From the NCBI RefSeq assembly GCF_902713615.1, contig NW_024055497.1, positions 1,903,584-1,967,583 on the forward strand: a stretch of 64,000 nt of DNA. Direction: 5' to 3'. Of the stretch, positions 1 through 10,765 are shown one piece after another; within the stretch, counting starts at the first letter, position 1; the number at the start of each line of letters is the position of its first letter. This DNA comes from Scyliorhinus canicula (taxonomy: Eukaryota). The notes below the pieces were generated by a model, which worked only from the letters and a program-made list of their open reading frames with translations, searched no databases and had not been told where the DNA came from. The translations under genes and the position numbers were made by a program.

Positions 1-665
1 AACACTAGTTTGACCTGAATAGCACCCACTTAAGTCTGCACAGGAGTCAGGGATGAGAATCCCTGTTCACCATTTAGAATGTCTTATTGTCTCATTTTGG
101 TATCGGGGGAATTCTAATAGTGGCAATCTCTCTCCATTTAAATGATATTGTTTTATTTAATACTTCCTGACAAAGCGGACAATTCACATTATCCAAAGTT
201 ATGCTCCATCTGTCAGGTTTTTTGCCCACTCACAACCTATTTGTAATCCTTTGCAGAGTCCTTAATTCTACTTCACAAATTACTTTCCTGCCTGTCTTTG
301 AGGCATCAGAAAACTTAACAGCCAGACATTCAATCCCATCATCCAACACATTCAGACAGATTGTAAATGGTTGAGAGCCCAGCAATGATCCTGGTGAGAT
401 TCCACTTGACACATCTTACCCACCCAAAAATGACCCATTTATACCAACTGGCTGCTTCCTGTTAGCTAACCAATCCTCTATCCATGCTGATATGTTGATC
501 CCACACCATGAGTTCTTATTTTGTGTATTAACCTTTGATGTGGCACCTTGGGAAATTCCTTCTGGAAATCCAGATAAATCACATCTACAGGTTCCCCTTT
601 ATTGACATCACTTGTTACCTCCTCAGAGAACCTTGATAAATTAGTCAATCACGATTGATTCCCTG
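1..665 (-). mobile_element. Degraded CR1-clade LINE fragment (RT region)
   Basis: ORF 230..412 reads FTICLNVLDDGIECLAVKFSDASKTG, a decayed CR1 FTIYINDLD..KFADDTK motif. Confidence 0.8.
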
Positions 666-944
666 AACCCCATTTTCAAACACTGGGTCAAAAGAAAAAT
701 CAAATCTCCTCTCCACCTCTGAATCCTTTGCCAATTACCTAAGATTACCACTTTCTGTTAAAGAGCCTGTCAACCCCTTTCACCTACTTTCCCGAAAGTG
801 AACAAATTAATCAGGAAAAGTCCAACAAATTCAAATATTTTCCTGTTAAAAGTTTATTGATGAAACAGAAACGTGGTTAAAAAAAACTAATGGAAAATTA
901 CTTGAGGATCAAAGACAACCAGAGTAACAGGATGTTCACAATGT

Positions 945-1266
945 TAGAACATAGAACAGGCCCTTCGGCCCTCAATGTTGTGCCGAGCCATGATCACTCT
1001 ACTCAAACCCACGTATCCACCCTATACCCGTAACCCAACAACCCCCCCCTTAACCTTACTTTTATTAGGACACTACGGGCAATTTAGCATGGCCAATTCA
1101 CCTAACCCGCAGATCTTTGGACTGTGGGAGGAAACCGGAGCACCCGGAGGAAACCCACGCACACACGGGGAGGACGTGCAGACTCCGCACAGACAGTGAC
1201 CCAGCCGGGAATCGAACCTGGGACCCTGGAGTTGTGAAGCATTTATGCTAACCACCATGCTACCCT
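945..1266 (-). mobile_element. HE1-like V-SINE (tRNA head, V core, CR1-type tail), young subfamily
   Basis: Reverse complement shows box A/B head (TGGTGGTTAGCA..GGTTCGATTCCC), V-core GGGTTTCCTCCGGGTGCTCCGGTTTCCTCCCAC and TTCTATG tail; nearly identical to copies at 13459, 53366 and 63472. Confidence 0.9.
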
Positions 1267-1381
1267 ATGTTCTGGGTCCCAAATGGTTTCCCTTCAGCTC
1301 CTCTGTACCCTGTTCCTGTGCTTCCCAACTTTGGACACGGGGCACTGAATCCTGGGGGTCACATCACCATCAGCCCTGGTC

Positions 1382-1424
<43 letters not shown>

Positions 1425-1944
1425 TTGATTGGTCGGATGTCCAGTTCCCTGTCAGCCCTCCAGCACCTTTCTGTCTCTATTAGCGACGCCCATTGCAGTT
1501 TCCCAACTGGGGACAGGCCGTTATTCTCAGCTAAATTCAGCCCTCAGCTCCATCACCTGGCTGTCAGTGACATGAGCAATAGAGACAGAAAGGTGCCCGA
1601 GGCTCAAATAGGAAGACAAAACTTGTGGATTAGGATCTCCGTAAAGGTCAGCACCTTCTTATAAAAAAATCAAATTCCCAGTCAACAAATTAAAAGATCA
1701 CACAACGAGACTTCAAGTTTTATGACTTTTTACAACAAACAAACTAGAAGCTATTTTAACTCAGAAACCTACACAGTAAACTATAAAATAGAACTTTGCC
1801 CTTTTGAACAATTTAAAATCACACTCCACGATTATAGCTACTCTTTCCTGGAAGGCAAAACTTAAATTGTTTCAGAACCTGTCCAAAGTGATGATTCATT
1901 CCCGAGGATTTACTTCCGTTCTTCAACCAAGACACCGAGAAACA

Positions 1945-2910
1945 AAGGGAGAATAGAATAGAATGTGAACTAGCAAAATACATAAAAATGGATTGTAAAC
2001 ATTTCTATGACTACGTAAAAAGGAAATGTTTGGCTCAGACAAAGGATTTGTCCATTCCAGCTAGAGTCAGGAGAATTTAGAATGAGGAATAGAGATCTCT
2101 ACAGCCACCTTGTTCAACACTCTGGGATGCAGATCATCAGCTTTTGGGGATTTATTCACTTCCAACCCCATTAATTTCTCCAGTACTACTTTTTCACCAA
2201 TACTAATCTCTGCCAGTCCCTTCGTTCTCTGGTGTTTTGGGGACAATTTCTGTATCTTCCTCTGTGAAGACAGACGCACATTGTTCAGTTTCTCTGCCAT
2301 TTCCTTACTCCCCATTATAAACTCTCCTGACTCTGCCTGGAATGGACCCACATTGGTCTTTGCTAATCTTTTCCTTTTCACATTTTTGTCAAAGCTTTTC
2401 CAGTCAGTTTTTATGTTTCTCACCAGTTTGCTCTCATCAGTTTCTTGATCCTCCTTTGCTGAATTCTAACGGATCTCATGGAATCTTTTAACTTTTCTTG
2501 TTCGCCACGGTTCCATTACTTTTCCTGGTGGATTTTTATTCCTTAAAGGAATCTATATTTGTTGTATATATGTGAATAAAAGTTGCAAAAATTCCAGAGG
2601 ACCATAGGCTGCTCTCCCCTTTGACACAGAGAGAGCTGACTGGAGGCGATTTAACCCGAGGTTCAGCACACCTCAAGCGAGGGGCCTGGTTGAGAAGGCC
2701 GGGCCTTCATGAATAAACTCAGCCACGACGGGAGTTGAATCCTCACTGTTGACCTTGCTCTGCATCACCAACCAGTCGTCCAGCCAACTGAGCTAACCGA
2801 CCCCCTGATAAATAAGTAATAATTCCTTAAATATTCGGTGTTCCCTGTACCAATCCGTTTTCCAGTCCACCTCAGACAACCTTCCCCTCATAACCTGATA
2901 GTTTCCTTCT
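1945..2910. mobile_element. CR1 LINE fragments (+ at ~1945-2090, - at ~2090-2910)
   Basis: ORF 2067..2423 (KRKRLAKTNVGP..LEVNKSPKADDLHPRVL) is the CR1 ORF2 linker; the same segment recurs on the + strand at 1950-2090. Confidence 0.75.
2578..2805 (-). mobile_element. tRNA-derived SINE (third family)
   Basis: Reverse complement starts GGGGTCGGTTAGCTCAGTTGG (box A) with GGATTCAACTCCC (box B-like); inserted in CR1. Confidence 0.7.
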
Positions 2911-3272
2911 GTGAGGAACACCCAGATAATTTAAACAAAAGAACCATGTAAACACCAGGGCCCATCTCCATGGCAACGTGGTACACTTTGGGGGGGTTTC
3001 AAACAGAAATGGAAACTAAATATCTTCAAACTTCCAAACACCCTTTCACTCTGTGATCCTTGTGCAATTTGAAGCCAGGTACCAGCAACAAGGCTCAAAG
3101 AGCATCAGCCCACTGGAGGCAAAGTAGTGAGACCGGCCAGTCTAGCAGAAAGAAACCCTTCGACCATCCCCACTGACCACCTGTCAGAATGAACAAAATG
3201 CAGTCCTGGGTGTAGAGCAGAAACAAGAACAGCAGAATCCAACCCCTGTAATCAATTGTGAAATTGTTGGTG

Positions 3273-4175
3273 TCACAACAGGTCCGAGGAAACAGACAAT
3301 CCCGTCTCACATTGAGAGGTGGACGGTCTGTTCCCAGTGTGAATTTGCTGGTGTGTCCGCAGGATAGATAACCGAGTAAATCCCTTCCCACACTGAGAGC
3401 AGGTGAACGGCTTCTCCCCAGTGTGAACTCGCTGGTGTATCTGCAGGGTGGATAACTGAGTAAATCCTTTCCCACACTGAGAGCAGGTGAATGGCTTCTC
3501 CCCAGTGTGAACTCGCTGGTGTGTCCGCAGGTGAGATAATTGAGTAAATCCTTTCCCACACTGAGAGCAGGTGAATGGCCTCTCCCCAGTGTGACCTTGC
3601 TGGTGGCTCAACAGATGAGATGAATCACGGAATCGTTTCCCACATTGGGAGCAGGTAAATGGCCTCTCCCCGGTGTGAATTCGCTGGTGTCTCAATAGGT
3701 GGGACAAATTACAAAATCCTTTCCCACACTGAGAGCAGGTGAACGGCCTCTCCCCAGTGTGAACTTGTTGGTGTCTCAATAGCTGGGACGAATCACAGAA
3801 TCCTTTCCCACACTGAGAGCAGGTGAACGGCCTCTCCCCAGTGTGAACACGCTGGTGTGACTGCAGACTGGATAATACAGTGAATCTTTTCCCACACTGA
3901 GAGCAGGTGAACGGCTTCTCCCCAGTGTGAACTCGCTGGTGTATCTGCAGATGGAATAACTGGGTGAATCCTTTCCCACACTGAGAGCAGGTGAACGGCC
4001 TCTCCCCAGTGTGAACTCGCTGGTGTGTCTGCAGGTTGGATAACTGAGTGAATCCCTTCCCACACTGAGTGCAGGTGAATGGCCTCTCCCCAGTGTGACT
4101 GCGTCGATGAGTCTCCAGCTCAGATGGGAATTGGTATCCCTTCCCACAGTCCCCACATTTGCACGGTTTCTCCAT
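3273..4175 (-). CDS. C2H2 zinc-finger protein A, 10 tandem fingers, no KRAB
   Basis: 300-aa ORF of CxxC-x12-HxxxH repeats with TGERPF linkers; acceptor at 4868-4869, putative exon-1 donor at 5792-5793. Confidence 0.9.
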   Translation of the reverse strand: MEKPCKCGDCGKGYQFPSELETHRRSHTGERPFTCTQCGKGFTQLSNLQTHQRVHTGERPFTCSQCGKGFTQLFHLQIHQRVHTGEKPFTCSQCGKRFTVLSSLQSHQRVHTGERPFTCSQCGKGFCDSSQLLRHQQVHTGERPFTCSQCGKGFCNLSHLLRHQRIHTGERPFTCSQCGKRFRDSSHLLSHQQGHTGERPFTCSQCGKGFTQLSHLRTHQRVHTGEKPFTCSQCGKGFTQLSTLQIHQRVHTGEKPFTCSQCGKGFTRLSILRTHQQIHTGNRPSTSQCETGLSVSSDLL

Positions 4176-4324
4176 TTTTGGGTCCCCTCGTGTCTCTCCA
4201 GGCTGGACAATCAGTTGAAGCCTCGTCTACAGACACAACATCCAACAGGGTATGGTCCCTCCCCGCTCTGAATGTTATGTTTTTCAGGCTGTGTAACTGG
4301 TTAAAGCTCTTTACACAGTCAGTT

Positions 4325-4496
4325 GAAATGAAAATGAAAGTCGCTTATTGTCACAAGTAGGCTTCAAATGAAGTTACTGTGAAAAGCCTCTAGTCGCCAC
4401 ATTCCAGTGATTGATCGGGAAGGCTGTTACAGGAATCGAACCTGCCTTGGTCTGCTTTCAAAGCCAGCGATTTAGCCCTGTGCTAAAGAGCCCCAG
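4325..4496 (-). mobile_element. Short tRNA-derived SINE (GGGGCTGGTTTAGC family) inside the ZNF-A leader exon
   Basis: Matches full copy at 15569-15752; (CATTT)n tail. Confidence 0.8.
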
Positions 4497-4725
4497 CACT
4501 GGAACACTCTCACTCGGGTGTGTGTTGTGTGGGTCTCGGTGCTTTTCCAGTCACACTGATGTTTCCAGTCAGTTCACTGGAACACTCTCACTGGGGTGTG
4601 TGTTGTGTGGGTCTCAGTGCTTTTCCAGTCACACTGATGTTTCCACAGTCAGTTCACTGGAACACTCTGACTCAGGTGTGTGTTGTGTGAGTCTCCGTGC
4701 TTTTCCAGTCACACAGATGTTTGAA
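4497..4725. repeat. ~75-bp tandem triplication of the ZNF leader segment
   Basis: CACTGGAACACTCT..GGTGTGTGTTGTGTG..GTCTC.GTGCTTTTCCAGTCACAC repeated three times. Confidence 0.85.
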
Positions 4726-5009
4726 ATCTTTGGTTGACAGTTTGGGCAAACATATGTCATTCCACAATCATAGTTTGAGGATATTCAGGTTCCAAGGAAG
4801 GGAGTGACTATCAGATCGAGATGTGACGTTTGAGATTTCTGTCAGTAATTCCTCCTCGTCTAATATCCTGTAAAAACATTTTACAAAATTCATCACTGTC
4901 AGTACAGGATAGAAACTCAGAACAGACAATTCTAGTTTCTATGTCATATTTTTTCCTCTCTTATTCCCCAAAGCTGCAAATCGCCATCCCACACACTTCC
5001 TCCATTCTC

Positions 5010-5236
5010 TTTTTTAAAATAAATTTAAAGTACCCAATTCATTTTTTTCCAATTAAGGGGAAATTTAGCATGGCCAATCCACCTACCCTGCACATCTTTG
5101 GATTGTGGGGGCAAAAACTACACAAACGCGGGGAGAATGTGCAAACTCCACATGGACAGTGACCCATAGCCAAGATCGAATCTGGGACCTTGGCGCTGTT
5201 GAGGCTGCAATGCCAACCACTGTGCCACCGTGCTGC
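5010..5236 (-). mobile_element. V-SINE short variant with AT-rich tail
   Basis: V core followed by CCCCTTAATTGGAAAAAAATGAATTGGGTAC tail; similar copies at 6660-6858, 7895-8045, 24308-24530, 36362-36583, 59190-59340. Confidence 0.8.
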
Positions 5237-5454
5237 TTCTCGCCCTCTATTCTTATTCTGCTGTATCTAATAATAATCTTTATTAGTGTCACAAGTGACA
5301 TTAACGCTGCAATGAAGTTACTGCGAAAATCCCCGAGTCACCATACTACGACGCAATTCACCCTCCCTATTCTCCTGAAAATGCTAATTCTGGCTGATTG
5401 ACAGATCCATGCTCACAGCTTCCTGTCCAGGAGGTCACAACAAATATGAGCTGC

Positions 5455-5590
5455 AACCAAAGAGAAAATGCTGGAAAATCTCAGCAGCTCTGGCAGCATC
5501 TGTAGGGAAAGAAAAGAGCGAACGTTTCGACCCTTTGTCATAGCTAAAAGACAGAGAAAGTGGGAAGTATTTACACTGTGGAGTGAGAAT
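5455..5590 (-). mobile_element. Short Penelope-type repeat with decayed hammerhead-like motif
   Basis: Reverse complement AGCTATGACAAAGGGTCGAAACGTTCGCT; homologous to 51292-51388 and 62865-62990. Confidence 0.55.
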
Positions 5591-5599
5591 GGAGTCATC

Positions 5600-6270
5600 T
5601 TTTCCTGTCTCTCTGGGTGACTAATGCAGTGACATTGTCACTGGGTCGGTGTCTCCCCCCTGGTCTCTATGAGGTTGTTTGTGGAGAGAAGCCGGAAGTG
5701 ACGGACAGAGAGTGGAAAATGTTCATTATTTCACATTCGGCTCTGGGGCCGCACTGGGGTTTGTAAACCCCGCCCCCAACACTGACCTCTCACCTGAGAC
5801 CTCACAATGCCAGGGCAATGATCGACGGCAACTCCTAACCAATAGGGTTCAGGGGGCGGATTCGGATGACCGGACAGTTCTCCAACCAATCGGAGTGAAT
5901 GAGGGGGAGGGACTGGGCCGAGTGAAGCATGCGCAGTGTTAATGGCGGCGCAGAGAAAATTCTTTCTCGGATCCATAATCCGTCAAGGTGGGAATGGCGG
6001 GACCGAGGGAGAGATGATCATCGCATCGTTGGACACACTTCGTAAATGCGTTACTATAAACCGAAAACCCGTAAGAAATAAACCTAACCGGTACCTGAGG
6101 GGGCCCTGAGCTGGGCCTGTAAGGGCTGAATTCTCACAGACAGGACTAATGGGGGCGCAGCCATCGCGGTCGCGCGCGAACGGGGGTTTGCGCTTTAAAT
6201 CACTTTATTTGGGCACCAGCAACAGTGCGCACGCGCACCCACCATCTTATTGGGGGCAGCAGCACGGAGT
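5600..6270. promoter_or_regulatory. CpG-rich, probably bidirectional ZNF promoter and exon 1 of ZNF-A
   Basis: Two CCAAT boxes, GC box, NRF1-like GCATGCGCAG, ETS CCGGAAGTG, YY1-like CCATCTT; homologous (inverted) to 52385-52930. Confidence 0.75.
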
Positions 6271-7174
6271 TCAGGCTCAGTCGCCATCATTGGTGAGGCA
6301 ACATTTTTCAAATGTTTTCATCATGACACTGTTTTACTGAGTTACAAATTCCTATTTATGAGACAGAACAATGATACATCTCCAGAACTGTGACAATAAT
6401 TCAGATTTATTTTGACAGAATAAAGCTTTTCAGACATTTCAGAGAATGTATCAAAAGTACCATTTGACAGTGGAGCCACAGAGGAGATATTAGATTTTAA
6501 GGATAACCTTAGATAGAGGAAAGTGAGTGAGAGTCGGAGATTTTTAAGGAGGAAATCAAGAGCTTGGTGGCCCAATCAAATGATAAAAGGTCAGTAATGG
6601 TGGACCGAATAAAATCAGGAATGCTGTCATGGTCGGAATTAAATGAGTGCAGGGACCTTCTTTTTTTTAATAAATTTAGAGTACCCAATTAATTTTTTCC
6701 ACTTAAGGGGCAATTTAGCGTGGCCAATTCACCTACCCTGCACATCTTTGGGTTGTGGGGGTGAAACCCACGCAAACATGGGGAGAATGTGCAAACTCCA
6801 CACGGACAGTGACCCAGAGCCGGGATCGAACCTAACCCACTGCGCCACTGTGCTGCCCTTAGTGCTGGGATCTTGAAGGGGTGTGTGTGGAGGAGATTAC
6901 AGAGATCAGGAGGATCACAACTATAGGAAAAGAAAATGGGAAATTTCACCTTTTGGTCCTTCTTAAAAGGAAAGTGAGCCCAGGGATGGGTAAACAAGAC
7001 TTGTTTGTATTGTATTTGTTTTGACACGTGTACTGTGGTACAGTGAAGAGTATTGTTCTGTGTACAGTCATGAGATCATAAGATACAGGAGCAGAATTAA
7101 GCAATTTGGCTCATCGCATCTGCTCCGTCTTTCTATCATAGCTGATATATTCCTCATCTGCTATCCTGTATCTA

Positions 7175-8220
7175 TCCTGTACTGATAGTGTGACCTTTGT
7201 GATCTCCTTTACAGGACATTGAGAGAGGATTTTCAGACTGGAAACACAAACCAAATATCACATTAAGATCCAACAGTGTCACTTGGTTGGTCAGAACCTC
7301 CCAGAGCTTGTTTGTTTCACGTGCGGCCATCTTGGTAAAGGGACAGTGACTGGGTGGGCTTCAGGGTCCCAGTGACCAGGAGAGAAAATAATTGATTCAT
7401 TGATGTTATTGACACGCTGCACAGAGGGGCCTGAGAACTGAAGCCAGTCAGAGTGCAGGGAGGGAGGAAATTGTGAATAAGGAAAGGAATCATGAAGATA
7501 ATGTAATCGGTTTGTTGGGCTGACCAACTCTCCTGGTGAAAAGCCTGCCCTGGGAGTCCATGCAAGTGGTGGATGAGGTGCTGCCAGAGTTGAGTGGATG
7601 GACACTGTCTGCAGGAGCTGTCAGAGCACAGATCAGTCTGGGACATTGTTTACGCAACCAGATATATCCAAACAGGAAAGTACAGGAAAGGAAATGAAAA
7701 ATAGCTTATTGTCACGAGTAGGCTTCAATGAAGTTACTGTGAAAAGCCCCTAGTCGCCACATTTCATTTCATTTTCATTACGGTGCCTGTTCAGGGAGGC
7801 TGGTACGGGAATTGAACCGTGCTGCTGGCCTGCCTTGGTCTGCTTTAAAAGCCAGCGATTTAACCCTGTGCTAAACCAGCCCCTATTATTCTAGCCCGGG
7901 TCACTGTCCGTGTGGAGACACTTTCTCCTCGTGTCTATGTGGGTCTCACCCTCACAACCCAAAGATGTGCAAAGTAGGCGAATTGGCCACGCCAAATTGC
8001 CCCTTAATTGGAAAAAAATAATTGGCTACTCTAAATTGCTATAAAGAAAGAATGGGTGGATTTACAGGGAGGAAGCTCAAACGGAACATCACAGCATAAT
8101 CTGATCTGAAAAAGTAATTCAGTTCCCCACGGCTCGAATATCATCAGTCTTTGGATTCAGAAGGAGAAATGTTTGTGATCTGCCTGTGAGACACCATTTA
8201 AAACATCAGCGTATCTGCCC
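7175..8220 (+). pseudogene. Remnants of ZNF leader exon(s), truncated before any finger array
   Basis: TTTACAG|GACATTGAGAGAGGATTTTCAGACTGGAAACACAAACCAAATATCAC at ~7215 and GAATATCATCAGTC..GAAGGAGAAATGTTTG at ~8135 match the leaders of the other ZNF genes; cut by CR1 at ~8220. Confidence 0.6.
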
Positions 8221-10110
8221 TTTTCAGTCTCTATCCCTCTATTTAATCCCCATTCATGTGCCATCCAGATGACTCTTAAATGTTGCTAATGTGCCTGTTT
8301 CCACCACTCTTGTGTGAAAACCTATCCCGCACATCTCCCTTAAACTTTCCCTCTCTCATCTTGAACCTGTGCCCCCGTTGTAATTGACACTTCCATCCTT
8401 GGAAAAAGCCGTTGAGTATCCACCCCGTCTATGCCTCTCATAATTTTGTAGACCTCGATCAGGTCACCCCTCAGCCTCCGTCTTTCCAGTGAAAACCATC
8501 TTAGTTTATTCAACCTCTCCTCGTGGCCAACACCCTCGAGACCAGGCAACATCCTGGTGAAACATCTGTGTACTCTCTCCAAAGCTTCCACGTCATTTCT
8601 AATGTGGTGACCAGAACTGCAGGCAATACTGCAAATGCAGCCGAACCAAGGTTTTATATAGCTGCACCATGATTTCCTAACTCCTGTACTCAATGCCCTG
8701 GCTGATGAGGCAAGCATGCCATAAGCCTTCTTAATCACTTTGGCCACTTGTGTTGACACTTTTAGGGAATTGTGGACCTGCACACCCAGATCCCTCTGTA
8801 TGTTAGTGTTCCTAAGGGTTCTGCCAGAGAACAGTATCATTCATACCTAGATTTGATCCTCCAAAACTCATCATCTCGTTTTTGTCCAGATTAATCTCCA
8901 TCTGCCATTTCTGTGCCCAAGTCTCCAATCTATCTATATCCTGTTGTATCCTCTGACAATCCTTGGCACTATCAGCACCTCCGCCAATCTTTGTGCCATC
9001 CGCAAACTTACTAATCAGACCATCCACATTTTCCTCCAGATTATTTAGATATACTACGAAGAACAGAGGTCCCAACACTGATCCCTGCAGAACACCACTA
9101 GCTACAGATCTCCATTCTGAAAAACACCCTTCCACTGCCACTCTGTCTTCTATAACCGAGCCAGTTCTGTATCCATCCAGCCATGCCCACCCCGAATGTC
9201 ATGTGATTTTAGTTTTTGTACCAGTCTGCCATGTAGCCTTGTCAAATGCCTTACTAAAGTCCATATAAACTACATCCACAGCCACTTCATTAATATTCTT
9301 TGTCACCTCTTCAATAAACCTAATCAAATTGGGGAGATGTGATGGTCCCCGTACAAAACCATGCTGCCCGTTACTAATTAGTCCATTTTCCTCCAAATGT
9401 GCACATATTTTGTCTCCAAGTATCTTTTCCAAAAGCTTCCCCACAACTGATTTCAGGCTCTCCAGCCTATAATTTGCTGGATTATCCCTGCTTCCTTTCT
9501 TGAACAAGGGAACAATAGTGGCTATTCCCGTGCTCTGGGACCTCGCCTGTGGTCAAGGAGGATGTGAAAATATCTGTTAAGGTCCCAGTTATTTCTCCCC
9601 TTGCCTCCCGCAGTAACCTGGGATAGATCCCATCCGGCCCCGAATGTCTACCTTAATGTAATTTAGGATTCATAGAATTTACAGTGCAGAAGGAGGCCAT
9701 TCAGCCCATCGAGTCTGCACCGGCTCTTGGAAAGAGCATCCTACCCAAGGTCAACACCTCCACCCTTTCCCAATAACCCCACCCAACAGCAAGGGCAATT
9801 TATCATGGCCAATCCACCTAACCTGCACATCTTTGGACTGTGGGAGGAAACTGGAGCACCCGGAGGAAACCCACGCACACACAGGGAGGATGTGCAGACT
9901 CCGCACAGACAATGACCCAAGCCGGAATTGAACCTGGAGCTCTGAAGCCATTGTGTTATCCACAATGCTACCGTGCTGCCCCTCACCGTGCTGATACTCA
10001 ACACTTCCTCCTGTGATAAATTGACGTTCTCAAGAGAGTTCACACACCTATCCTGACCTCAACATCCGTCATGTCCTTCTCCCTGGTGAACACAGATACA
10101 AAGTACTTTG
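8220..10110 (-). mobile_element. CR1/HER1-like LINE, 5'-truncated and frameshifted, with nested V-SINE at 9671-9981
   Basis: ORF pieces NYRLESL..VGKLLE, DFSKAFDK, QGSVLGP, KFADGTK, RRLRGDLIEVYKI. Confidence 0.9.
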
Positions 10111-10416
10111 TTTTTGAAAAATATATTTATTGAATTTCCAAAGATGAACAATAACAACAATATAAACAGGCAAGTATACAGAATATATAGGTAAAGATTC
10201 AGAAAAGTCACATCGATAGGTCTTTATAACAACAATCAAACTATCCCCATTTTATCCTAGCCCCCTTAACCCGCAATCGTGTCCAGTTCTTTAAAGATTG
10301 AGATGAATGGCAGCCACCTCTGGTAGAACCTCCCCACTGAGCCCCGAATGGTATATTTGGTCTTCTCCAGGTATGGAAATGATATCATATCCTCCAACCA
10401 TGCGGATGCTTTAGAT

Positions 10417-10765
10417 CAGGGTGGGCAAACTACGGCCCGCGGGCCGCAAGGTCTTTATGCGGCCCACCAAGATCAAGTCATAAAAAAAATGTTAATTTTA
10501 AGGTTAATGGGGGAGGGCTGTTGGGTTACTGGTATAGGGTGGATACGTTGACTTGAGTAGGGTGATCATTGCTCGGCACAACATGTGTTTCATGTGAAGT
10601 TTCTACTTTAAAATATTAATTAATAAAAATTAATTGCTTTTTTCTTTAAAAACCTTTTATTTGGCTATTTTAAATATTAATTATTTTACTTAATATACTA
10701 TGCGGCCCTTTAAAATTGTGAATTTCTGAATGTGGCCCTTGCACGGAAAAGTTTGCCCACCCCTG
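10417..10765. mobile_element. Non-autonomous hAT (Charlie-like) MITE
   Basis: TIRs CAGGGTGGGCAAAC / GTTTGCCCACCCCTG; exact 8-bp TSD CTTTAGAT at 10409-10416 and 10766-10773. Confidence 0.9.

Noticed and set aside
3095-4210. Overlapping alternative-frame ORFs in ZNF genes ([24 protein letters not shown])
   Set aside because: Well-known shadow frames of C2H2 repeats
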